This document shows positions 13,217 to 24,613 of a stretch of 64,000 nt of DNA, piece by piece (positions within the stretch are counted from its first letter, which is position 1; each line of letters opens with the position of its first letter). The DNA comes from the human T2T-CHM13v2.0 reference genome, Homo sapiens: assembly GCF_009914755.1 (NCBI RefSeq), contig NC_060927.1; one strand, 5' to 3'. Both the position numbers and the translations under genes were made by a program. Under the pieces are notes generated by a model. That model was not told the DNA's origin and searched no databases. It was given only the letters and a program-made list of their open reading frames with translations.

Positions 13217-14509
13217 GTTCTACTTAGGTTTTTAGATTACATAAATTGGGAGGTTGGCATATAGGCAAAAGAAAGAGTCACACCTTGTTTATCAAAGTTA
13301 ACAAACTTTGACAAACCAAGTGGTTTGTCAAACCACGTTTACATTGTCATTCCTTGGATTTATCTCCTGGGAGTTGAATTAGAGTAAGATAGAGGCTATA
13401 AAGGCCAGTAAAATCGATGCCTTCCTTGTGCCCGAGGACCCCTGGTTCTGATAGGCTTCATTGTGAGTGAAACTGTGGAGGCTGTCTTCTGCTTTACGTG
13501 AGGGAGAAGTTGGAGGCAGGAACATCCATGACCCCAAAATTCACCTCTCTGAGGCATAAGGCAGTGACTCCTCTTTCACCAAACCATAGTGATACTAAAA
13601 TATCAAGCTGTGTGTCTGTTTTCTCCACCTAAGGCTACTGTGAACACCACAGTGCTATCAATAGATGAAGCTAGAAAATATTTCTGTCTTAAAGGTGATG
13701 TGCCCCAGTAATGAAGTGAGACAGGAAAAAAATCCATAGTGTTCACAGAATTAGAAAGCAGACTGACAGTAGTCTATGAATTCCAAAATTAGAAGTGGCC
13801 TGAGGGGTCTTTATTTCTCCAGGCCTTCATCTGATGTCCCAGGTTGTTTGGCAGAGTCCCTGTGTATCTTCTTTTTTTATAACCTAATTTTATCTTTCAA
13901 ATAATATAAATGCTATTCTTGTTTCTAAAGGCCAAGTTACTTTCCCAGAGGCAGCCAGTAGCCTGGAACAGTCAAATCATTGAATTGATCTTATATTTAA
14001 GCAGAATTAAGCTATTTGCACATTTCAAGATTTTAAGATTATTTCGAGAAAACAAACCAGAATAAATATAGTCTCTTCAAAGATTGTGAGGAAAGCCATT
14101 ATTTGAAATGGTCCTAGTAATTAAAAGCTATAGTATCACTGATTAGAAATGAAGTAAATGAAGGGACAAGAGTCTGTTTGAATAGCCTCACCCATACCTC
14201 ACCCCTCAACTGTCTTCCTGGTGTTTCTCTCTCTAAGTAACATGTCTTCAAACTGTTAATGAGTGATATGAGTTGATTCTGATAGGCAGTCATGTTTTAC
14301 ATTTAATTTCTCTTGTTTTTCTTTATTTGATATTAATAAAGTCTTGTTCAGCAAACTGTGGAGCATAATTCTTATCTTTTTTACTTAATTGTTTTAAATA
14401 TTGAGAAAACAATTAACATAATAAGCAGTCATTGAATACTTGCCACATAAAAGGGATGATGTGAGGGCTATGAGAACTAGAAGAATGTATAAATAAATGG
14501 TACTACAAT

Positions 14510-14735
14510 TTAGCACAGAAAAGCAAGGATGCCAAAGTCAGAAAACCACAATTTAAATTTTAGCTACAATTCCTCGTAATAGCTCTGTGACCTTGACAAG
14601 TTACTATATCCTCCTAAGTCACAGTTTTCTCTTCTGCAAATGGAGTTTAGTAATATTGACTGCCTCCTAAGATTGTCATAACAAGAGCTTAATTCACTGT
14701 TTGGCTTAGAGTAAGTGATCAACAAATATAGCTAG
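14510..14735 (+). mobile_element. MIR
   Basis: tagctctgtgaccttgacaagttac...cagttttctcttctgcaaatgg. Confidence 0.75.
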
Positions 14736-17700
14736 TTTATAATGGAAAATCCTCAAAGAAGATAAAGTACAGAAGAATTGACAGGGAGCCAAGAAAACAG
14801 AACCAGGCAGATACTGTAAAGTGGCAAAATGCAAAAATTGTAAAACTGCAGCTAAAGACAGGGCTTTTCTGGATAAGCAATTTTCTTCTTCATATTCTTC
14901 ACCAGCTATACTATTAAGCTAAGCTACTGTAATTCTACCTCACACCGTGTACAAAGAGCAGAGTTTGATTCAGAATCAGGGCTCTTGCTGGTTCCTTTGA
15001 AATTTGGAGAAATATTCGTATCTTGTCTTCAAGAGAAGTAATTTTTATATGAAGCAGCTTGCTAACTCTAATCATTTGAAAAGACATTCTACCATATTAA
15101 GATTACTTCCCTTAATAGACACATGTATATCACACTGCTTGGGTGGACTGGGAGAGGCTGTGAGAATTGGCCAGCTTCTGAAGAAATGTGCTTGGTATAG
15201 AAATTTGCTGTCTTCAGTATACCGCCTTCCCTGTTTCAACCTCCATAATTAACAGCAGGCATACTAGAAATGCAGAAATAGAGATTACTATTTTGTCTGT
15301 CATTTCATTCATTTCCAAAATATTGAAACTGTAACAAACTACTCAAATAAGAGTTAAAATAATATCAGTCACAACCATGCCAATCTACAATCCCTAATCA
15401 ATTTACATTCTAATTGTTCATAATTGTGCTACATGAAGATAAATGTTTTCTTGACTGAATATTAACCAAATGCCCTCAAACTACAAATAGTATGCAACTG
15501 TTGTATTTTAGTAGAAAACCTATTCCATTTTCAGATTGATACAATGCAGACATTTTAAATCTTATAAACTCCTCGATCTTTGCCAAGTGCGTTCTTTTAT
15601 TTGCTAGGAGGCATTTGTCCATTCCTAACCTTTTTACCTCCAGAAAATAAATGACACATGTGACTTGAAAATTGAATCGATCTTGACTGAAAAAGAAATA
15701 ATAAAAATAGCTAATGTCTTTATCATCTCTGTAGCAAGCCTACAGGGCAGATACTGTTGCTGCTTCAGTTTTGCAAGATGCATTATATCTTGCTAATCCT
15801 CAATAAATATGAAAAAGTGATAATTTCACAGCTAAGAATTGACAAACTGGAACACATTTCTCATTTGAATAGACAAGATAAGCAGTTCTCACCAGTGCTG
15901 CCATCTCTGCCTTCGGGTGTGTTGTGTCCCAGGCAGGCACTGTCGGTTCATTCATAGGTCACTGCTATTTTATTTCTGTTTGTCTATTTCTGGACCAGAA
16001 CTCAGATTCACATCCAGACAGCTGCCTGTCTTAAAGACCATTCTGCTCTACCTTCTGTGACATAATTTAAAGAAATGAGTAGCCCCAATTAAACCATTGC
16101 AGGTGTAAATTTCTTGCCTGGAGAGAGAATTGAGAAATGAATGGGATTCATGAATATAAATTGGGCTCTCCTTACACTAAAGTTTTCATTTTGAAATGGT
16201 AGAGTATTCACTCCCCACATAAATCTGTATTTGCCTTAAGTGTGTTTACCATGGGAACCCCAGTGTAAAGCTCGTAGCCCATTGCTATGCATAACTGAAT
16301 ATTAAAGTTCACAAATCATTAGGCAGAGGAGGCCTGGAGAAGGAGATGCTGTGGCAGGGCAGCTGCATCTGGGCTGGCAGCAAAGACGAATTCTGCTCTC
16401 ACAGGCTCTGCACCTTTACTAGGATGGGGCCACCCAACCTGCCCACTCTTTTTCTCTTCTTAAATATTATTTAATATTAAGGATTGCTTCTTCTTCCAAC
16501 CAAGACATTCTGCTTTCTGAATGTCTTAACAGCTCTATTATTTTCCCTTCACCCAATTTTGGTTTAGAAGATGGTGTGTTAAGTGAATCTCTTATAGGCC
16601 AACTAATTTATTTTCAAACAAATGCCTCTGTGAAAGGATAGAAGGATTCAATAAGGAAATACGTAAATAATCTTCAGACGCTAAGCAACCCGCTTCTCTT
16701 TCCCCCACTTCCCTCTTTTCCTTCCCTCCTTTCCTCTCCATCTTTTTTGTTGTTGTTTGTTTACATTGTAACTGTATATATTCTGTGAAGATCCATTGAG
16801 GCCAATTGGCCTTTCAGTGTATAAACAAATATAATCCAAAGTACTAAATGGCACTCCTCTCATTTTCAACTTGTGCTTTCAATCTTCAGCCAGAAGTAAG
16901 GCCTTATTATATTCACAATTATATGGACTTGAGAATGAGTGTACATTGCCTGCTCTTTGCTGTAGAACTAAATCAGAAGGAAATCTGTTGGTTATAAGTT
17001 TTCTATGATCATCCCAAGTTATTTTCTTATGTATATAATAATTCATGCTACAAAGAGCTTGGTGTGGTTTGGAACAATGTCATAATAAAATGGTAAAATA
17101 GCCACAGAATTTTTCAGGGCAATTGGATGTATGAATCACAATGGGAGACCTAGACAATGAAAAACAATCGGAAACAATTTTCTGCAATTAATGTGAAAAT
17201 AATTTTCTCTCAAGTCTCTCTGCAAATGAGAACAGAGAAGTAGAAGTAGTGAAAATGGTAATATGGGATTAATCACATTTCTTGTTCCCAGGTCTGATGG
17301 TTTTTCCTTATTGTATAAACTTCAAACACTGTAGGTATGCAGAACTCTGAGCTGATCTTGTTATTCTTAAATAGACCTGCCAAGCATATTAAAGGAAGGT
17401 TCTGACTGTCTGCTGTGGACAGAATGTAGCTCAAGGAAATGTGGTTATTACCCTTAATTATATTCGTAATATGTGGTGTCTTTACAATAATTTAAAATAA
17501 TTCAGTAAATTGAAACCACTATGAAGATAATTTAGGGTAATAAGAATGTAAAACAATGGGACACATAAGGAAGGTCAAAGGGTAGCTTTTTAGATTACAC
17601 ACTGGTTCCACTTGCCAATTGTAGGCATAGGGCAGACCTCTCAAATTGGCCTTTTCCCAAGCTTGCTCTCCAATTCTCCAAACTGAGGACACCTTGCTTC

Positions 17701-19055
17701 TATCTCATTTGATGAACTGAGCCAATCTCCTAATTCAGTGACTATTTGCAAGCCAAATTTTCATAATATTTCTGAAATGAATGAAGATACATTTTGTATA
17801 TCCAAGGATAGTTAAGTATTTTCTTTTATAAAGACTATAATATAATGTGGTCCTTCTTTAATATAAAGACTCTCAGAGGCACTCAATATATAGATTACTT
17901 ATGAATGATGCATGTTGATTAGCTAGTTTTTAACTTTTGGTTTCAATTTTTAAAATCCGATTGTGAAAGTTAGTTCATATTTGTGTTAAGAAAATCTAGG
18001 ATTTTAAAGATTCTTTTCTCTCAGAGAATTGTATTAAGATAGCAGTTCCACTTACTCTCAGGTGCTCTACATGGTTAATAATATGAGCTCTGGAAGGAGC
18101 TTATTATACAGCATAAAATGAATGTCTTTCATTTCTCTACCACTGTGTCATTTTCACCTAAATCATAACTTTCTTCCCAACATTTATAAGAACAATCGAC
18201 AGGCTTCCTTTATAAGGATGCATTTTAAACCACTCATTGAAGTGAGGATTTAAATAACTAGAATAAATCAATTCTGGCCTACCTAAAAAAATAAAAAAAG
18301 ACAAATGAAGGCTAACAAACTGACCCACCCAGAAAGACATGAACAGATAAATTTTTGAATATTGTATTCTTTATTATCTATTATATGTATTAATACTTGG
18401 TCACATATTGGAGTATTTTACCAAAAAATTCTCTCAGAAGCTAGTGGTGAAACAGAAGAAAAGCATCACATGCGTCCCACTTGCTGTTGCCTTTTTGTCT
18501 AAGGCAGTGGTTATCGTGAATTCCTCAGGGTAGCAAGTCATTTGGTTCACTAGGACATAAAAAAATAGAATTTATCCAAAGTTAATGGGCTGTTTGGTGG
18601 TCTCTATGTGTGAAATGAGATTGTCCAGGAGAAGAGGATAGTCAGGGAATGAGTCAATTTAATTTTAAAATAACTTGATAATCTGTGAATTCTCCAAATA
18701 TCCTCAAAACCAAAGAAAAAGCCAAATATGAAAGGTGTAATTTATAGTAGTCAATTGGTATCAATAGAGTCTTCTGTTTTTGTGCCATGAATAATTTATC
18801 ATTGTCACATGTATTCAATAGACCATTCTGCATAACAATAGAAATGTCAGTGAATTTTTAAAGCCATAATCTTGTTCACTCTTAGAAGTAAAAAAAAGAG
18901 AAAATGCATTCTTAGGGAATAAACATCTGATAACACATTCTGAATGTGGAGACTGAGATGTCTGAAGGCTGCCTTTTGAACCAGTAGTTTTACCCCATGA
19001 AACATCACTGTGTTCTTTCTGCACAACCAGTTCAAAAGATCTCTTTTCTTCGCAG

Positions 19056-19204
19056 GTTACCAGCCAGTCTTGTCTGGTCAACAGGGATTCCAAGGCCTAA
19101 TAGGAGTGCAGCAGCCACCTCAGAGTCAGAACGTGATAAATAACCAACAAGGAACTCCGGTGCAAAGCGTGATGGTTTCCTACCCAACAATGTCTTCTTA
19201 TCAG
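19056..19204 (+). CDS. ARPP21: ARPP21 penultimate coding exon (149 nt; phase 1 start, phase 0 end): (G)YQPVLSGQQGFQGLIGVQQPPQSQNVINNQQGTPVQSVMVSYPTMSSYQ
   Basis: Pyrimidine tract plus CAG acceptor (ctcttttcttcgcag, AG 19054-19055); donor CAG|GTGCTC at 19205; Q/P/S-rich translation matching the recalled ARPP21 C-terminal region; joins the next exon in frame. Confidence 0.93.
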
Positions 19205-20084
19205 GTGCTCATAAGCAGCTTGGAAAATTGTGGGTTTTAAAGTAGAATTTGCCAAAGTGGAAGCTGTGGGTCTGTCCCTGGTTTGGGTGGCTGGCTGGGT
19301 AATGCGTGCTTGGTCCATAACTGTTGATAATTTACTTTGAATCAAGATTATAATAGAAAAGTAGAAAATGCAAAATACATGCTTCTGTCACTACTGTGGC
19401 TTTTGAATGCTCTCCTAAGTTTATTTCCATATAACTTCATATTCATGGAAGAAAATACATTAGTCTACAGTTTTATTCATAAAGACCTTTGGAAATTTTA
19501 TTGCATTTTGCTTATTGGTAGAAAGTCCTCATGACAAATTCCCATTCATTTTTGTACACACCCAAATAAACTTCATTTTTCCATAACTTTAAGTTATAAG
19601 AGATTTTAATATGGCATCTCAGATTCATTTAAAGGGCATTTCTGGAGCCTAGCAACTACATTCTCTGGACTAAACCCAAGTTAAGTATTTTAAAAGTGTT
19701 ATGTATCCTTTTGTGATGTATATTCTAAAATACCCCAGAAGTAGAAATAAAGAGTTAGTGAAATGGTATAATAATTAAATTTAACTGTACCAGGTGCTTC
19801 TGACCCTAAAGGACCTATTCTAGGGCCCCTACCCTACTATTCTGATTCACATTGCATCAACTTCTACCTCCACCTCCACAATAAGTGTTCTCTAAAGTTG
19901 CAGGTTGAGAATATAGTAGGTGCCCAGGACAAAAGCCCTTTTCACTGTGGAGGACTCCAGGCCACTTTGCATAAAATCAGAAAGGGAACATGGCTTTTCA
20001 AACTGAGAGAAACCCAGAGTGGAAGATCTAGACTATAGTTTCTAGAGGTCATTGAGAGAGAAGGGAAGGAAACTCAGAACTAAC

Positions 20085-20632
<548 letters not shown>

Positions 20633-20765
20633 GAGCTCTGGCTGTGGTACATTTCTTCAGATATTTCTCATGGCCTTTGATGGAAGAGGAACAAGGTGGG
20701 AAAACTGGCTGAGGACTTAAGTATTCACTCAACACTCAAATGATTGCTGCTGGTATTCTGTAAAA

Positions 20766-20771
20766 AATAAA
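20766..20771 (+). terminator. Candidate proximal polyadenylation signal AATAAA
   Basis: AATAAA immediately preceded by TGTA (20759-20762); usage not demonstrable from sequence. Confidence 0.4.
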
Positions 20772-20897
20772 CAAAGACTAATATACACGTTAGCTGGTTA
20801 ATGGTGCATATTTCTGTCATGTCTGCTAGGTATGCCTTTATAGCTTAGCTAGTGACATGAATTCATCAAGGTAAGATTTTCTCCTACCACTGAATAC

Positions 20898-20904
20898 CAC
20901 TGTG
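20898..20904 (+). promoter_or_regulatory. miR-128-3p 7mer-m8 seed site (CACTGTG)
   Basis: Exact complement of miR-128-3p nt 2-8 (CACAGUG). ARPP21 is the host gene of miR-128-2 and is known to be a miR-128 target. Confidence 0.8.
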
Positions 20905-20999
20905 TAGATTATAATATCCCTAATTTGGATTAGTTTTGTACTTTGTGTTGAGTTTGTGATGCTAAAAGTATTTAAAAATTATATACTAAATCACATTGT

Positions 21000-21006
21000 A
21001 CCAAAG
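21000..21006 (+). promoter_or_regulatory. miR-9-5p 7mer-m8 seed match (ACCAAAG)
   Basis: Complement of miR-9-5p nt 2-8 (CUUUGGU) within the 3'UTR; function not shown. Confidence 0.45.
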
Positions 21007-21113
21007 CTGTAATGGAAAAGCAAAGAAGAATTGATGAATTGAAGGAATAATTTATATACATTATAGAGTTTTCTTTTTTAATGGATATATACTGTATTGT
21101 AGTGTTTAATCAA

Positions 21114-21119
21114 AATAAA
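21114..21119 (+). terminator. Main polyadenylation signal AATAAA
   Basis: caAATAAAactatttg with upstream TGTA elements (e.g. 21093) and downstream tgtgtgttttcttatgtgtc. Confidence 0.8.
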
Positions 21120-22676
21120 ACTATTTGACCTTATGGAGGAAGGTCATGTTTTTACCACCAGTTTGGTTCACTATGTCTTCCAATGTGTGTTTTCTTATGT
21201 GTCACTGTATTCCCTTCAAACACTATTTCATGAATACCGCATGGAAAAGGTATTTCAGGCATTTATAAGTAAACTGCCATCACATGGGAATATGCCGTAG
21301 CAAAGACTTAACGAACTGTAGTTTATTGTCATAATACTAAAGGGTCCTGAAAATAAGATGGCATCCATTTGATTCATTCATGGAGTTTGCAGTTTTAAAA
21401 TATATACCTTCCTATTAATTATAGGACTATTAAAAGTATGTAGTTATACTTCACCAACTAGGAAAACCTGCATGTCATCATTAACAGCAGCCATATACCA
21501 AACCCTGTTCTACCTTCATGTGAGTTTCATTATGTACCTGAAAACAAGGTAACTTTGTTTAGAGGAAAATCAGAAGAGGCATGGTCTAATCCTGCCTGTT
21601 TTATTGGGTCATAGAATGGAAAGTGCCACTAGTATTGACAGTGAGTCAGTAATTCAAAAGTGCTAATGTTTGTCCCAGTAATTTAAAACAAAGTAAATAT
21701 AGCAATGATTTAATTGCAAAGATCTAGAACATTGGCAATTCCATTTAGATGAAGCCCATGTCTACCTAATGTCTCTCTGAGAAATAACAGAGCTGTGAAC
21801 TCTGAGGTTTGGCCCTCCTGGAAGATATTAATGGGGAAATAAAACCCCTGTGTTTTCACTTTAATATCACAGTACAATGACTAATAGTTTTGTATTTTAT
21901 ATTTTCTATCTAAAAACCATTATTACCAATGAGAGGAATATAGGGATTATATCTGGATAATTTCTATTGTTTTTCATATTATCACATTCTATGTTAGATT
22001 TGCTGTTTTTATGTTGTTCAGCTGTGGGTAGAGTTAAGCAGCCGGTTAAAAACTCTACCTAGCAGATTACCATTACTTCATTCTATACTATTGTTTTCTT
22101 TTTCCTTTGAAAGGGAACTCTTACATATACTCTAATTGGCTTTATTCCTTATGAAGTCTGTTCCATTTTTTTCAGATTTCAGTCTACTAGTATTTCCGTG
22201 GTCTACTCTGACCATGAAAAGTGTTGTAACAAAAGGATGTTGCATTTTTTTCTTATCGAGCCATTAGCTACTCTGAAAAAAGCACTGTGTTTGCTTAATT
22301 AATACCTTCCCCTAATGGAAATATGGGATTGGCAAATATTCTCCATTTAGCTTTCTGATGTTGGCAGTTATCCTAAATTTAAGAATCCAAATATGAGCCT
22401 GAATATTTATTTTTTCCATAAAATTTTGCAAACTTTTGACATTTTCTTTCAAGATCTTTAGAATTACTGAGGCTTCTTTTCTATGGATTTGAAATATATG
22501 GTATGTTAGTGGTAAAGACAGGGCTTTACACCTAAAGAAATTTCATTTGACCACTTTTCTCCAAAGATGTAGCAGTATCTCATGTTTAGACATTTGATAT
22601 TTATTGTATAAATCCATTTGGATATTGTTGCAGGCCAAACCTTCTTTCCTACTTTCACAAAATACTCCTATACATC

Positions 22677-23393
22677 TGTCTTAGTCCATTTTTGTAGCTA
22701 TAACAGAATACCTGAAGCTGGGTAATTTACAAAGAAACAAAGTTTATTTGGCTCAAGGTGCTGATGGCTGGAAAGTCCAAGATTGGGCAGCTGCATCTGG
22801 TGAGAGCCTCAAGCTGCTTCAACTCGTGGCATAAAGCAGGAGAGCAGCTATGTGCAAAGAGATTACATGGTGAGGAAGGAAGCAAGAAAGAGAAACCAAC
22901 AAGAGTGAGAACTCACTCAACCCCACAGGAGGGCATTAACCTGTTTATGAGGGATCTGCCCCAGTGACCCAGACTTCTTTCATTAGGCCCCATCTCCCAA
23001 CCCTGATACATTGGGGATCAATTTTTTTTTTTTTTTTTTGAGACGGAGTTTCACTCTTGTTGGAACAAGAGTGCAATGGCTGGAGTGCAATGGCATGATT
23101 TCAGATCACCACAACCTCTGCCTCCTGAGTTCAAGCAAATTCTCCTGCCTTAGCCTACTGCGTAGCTGGAATTACAGGCAAGCAACACCATGCCTGGCTA
23201 ATTTTTTTGTATTTTTAGTAGAGACAGGGTTTCTCCATGTAGGTCAGGCTGATCTCGAACTCCCGACCTCAGGTGATCCGCCCGCCTCAGCCACCCAAAG
23301 TGCTGGGATTACAGGCGTGAGCCACCATGCCCAGCCGAGGATCAAATTTTAACATGAGTTTTTGTGGGGACAAAACACATCCAAACCATAGCA
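22677..23393 (-). mobile_element. MaLR solo LTR (MSTB-group), interrupted by an Alu
   Basis: Begins tgtcttagtccatttt, ends caaaccatagca (reverse complement TGCTATGGTTTG); sequence continues across the Alu. Confidence 0.85.
23022..23336 (-). mobile_element. AluS (Sq/Sp-like) inserted in the MST LTR
   Basis: Poly(T) followed by reverse Alu; TSD ggggatcaatttt / gaggatcaaatttt. Confidence 0.95.
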
Positions 23394-24251
23394 TCAGCAT
23401 CATGGTATTCCAAATCTTAGATTATGCTTACTGTTTTGTTGCATTAGAATTTTGGGGATGGCTGTGTAGAAAGATGGTTTTATTAGTGAAACATTTCCAA
23501 AACTTATTATCAGGAGAACCCTTAATTTTTCATTTTAGTTACTAATCTTATCACAATCACATTTTGTAAGTACAGATTATTCAGTTTATAAACATATCAA
23601 GATATAGGAAAACATATAGATATATAAATATATTGATATATTGCTATACTTATTCCTAATAATTCTCTGTAACCCTATATGAATGTAAAAGAGAATAAGA
23701 ATGACTTATGCATTCATTTTTTTCAGCAAAATTTTATTGCATACTGGATTATATTCCAATTATGTGGCACCACTCAAAACAAGAGTACATATAAATTTAA
23801 AGCACTTAAATTTATCTTGTAAATGTTATCATACATTTTGTTATTGTTTGATAGTTGTAACTAAATGTTGTAACAAGAACACCAACACATTTAAGCCATA
23901 ATCATGTTATTGATTTAATATAGTTCTACAGGGTATGAGGTGAGGCAGCAAAGTGTGTTATACAACTTTATGGAAATGTGATTATGTAGTTTATAATAAA
24001 AATATTTGGAAGACTTAGAACAGAATTGTAAATCATCATAAAAAACAAGTGCAGTATCTATGAACCAGAGCAGTTTTTCAAGAGAGAATTGAAGAATGAA
24101 GCAAATACAATCAAGGAAAAAAATGCTGCAGCAGAAATGGATTTTGAGATTTAATAAATGCATATTTAGACTCTGCTTCCACTTTTGCTAACAGCTAAAG
24201 TGCAAGGGGACACTTTCATACTCCCATTCTCCTATTACTTGTGTTCCACAT

Positions 24252-24613
24252 TGTATTAGTCCATTCTTACACTGCTATAAAGAACTATCAGAGATTGGGT
24301 AATTTATACAGAAAACAGGTTTAATTGACTCATAGTTCTTCATGGCTGGGTAGGCCTCAGGAAACTTACAATCATGGCAGAAGGTGAAGAGAAAGCAAGG
24401 CATGTCTCACATGGTGACAGGAGAGAGCGAGCGAGGGGGAACTGTCACACACTTTTAAACTGTCAGATTTCATGAGAACTCACTCACTATCATGAGAACA
24501 GCATGGGGAAAACCAAATCCATGATCCAATCACCTCCCACCAGTTGTTCCCCCAACACATGGGGATTACTATTAGAGGTGAGATTTGGGTGGGGACACAA
24601 CCAAACCCTATCA
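24252..24613 (-). mobile_element. THE1D-like (THE1/MSTA group) solo LTR
   Basis: tgtattagtcc...aggcctcaggaaacttacaatcatggcagaagg...gatttgggtggggacacaaccaaaccctatca; 5-bp TSD cacat/catat. Confidence 0.9.

Larger units (their letters stand above)
20633..21140 (+). other. ARPP21: ARPP21 3'UTR (end approximate)
   Basis: Repeat-free AU-rich sequence after the stop; several TGTA motifs; AATAAA at 21114 followed by GU/U-rich downstream sequence (~21141-21200). Confidence 0.8.

Noticed and set aside
16360-16371. Tandem E-boxes CAGCTG-CATCTG as an enhancer
   Set aside because: Short motifs only; the same string occurs in the MST LTR, and there is no evidence without chromatin data.
1-19055. miR-128-2 hairpin in the ARPP21 intron
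   Set aside because: I did not find the mature sequence TCACAGTGAACCGGTCTCTTT; the miRNA should lie upstream of this window.
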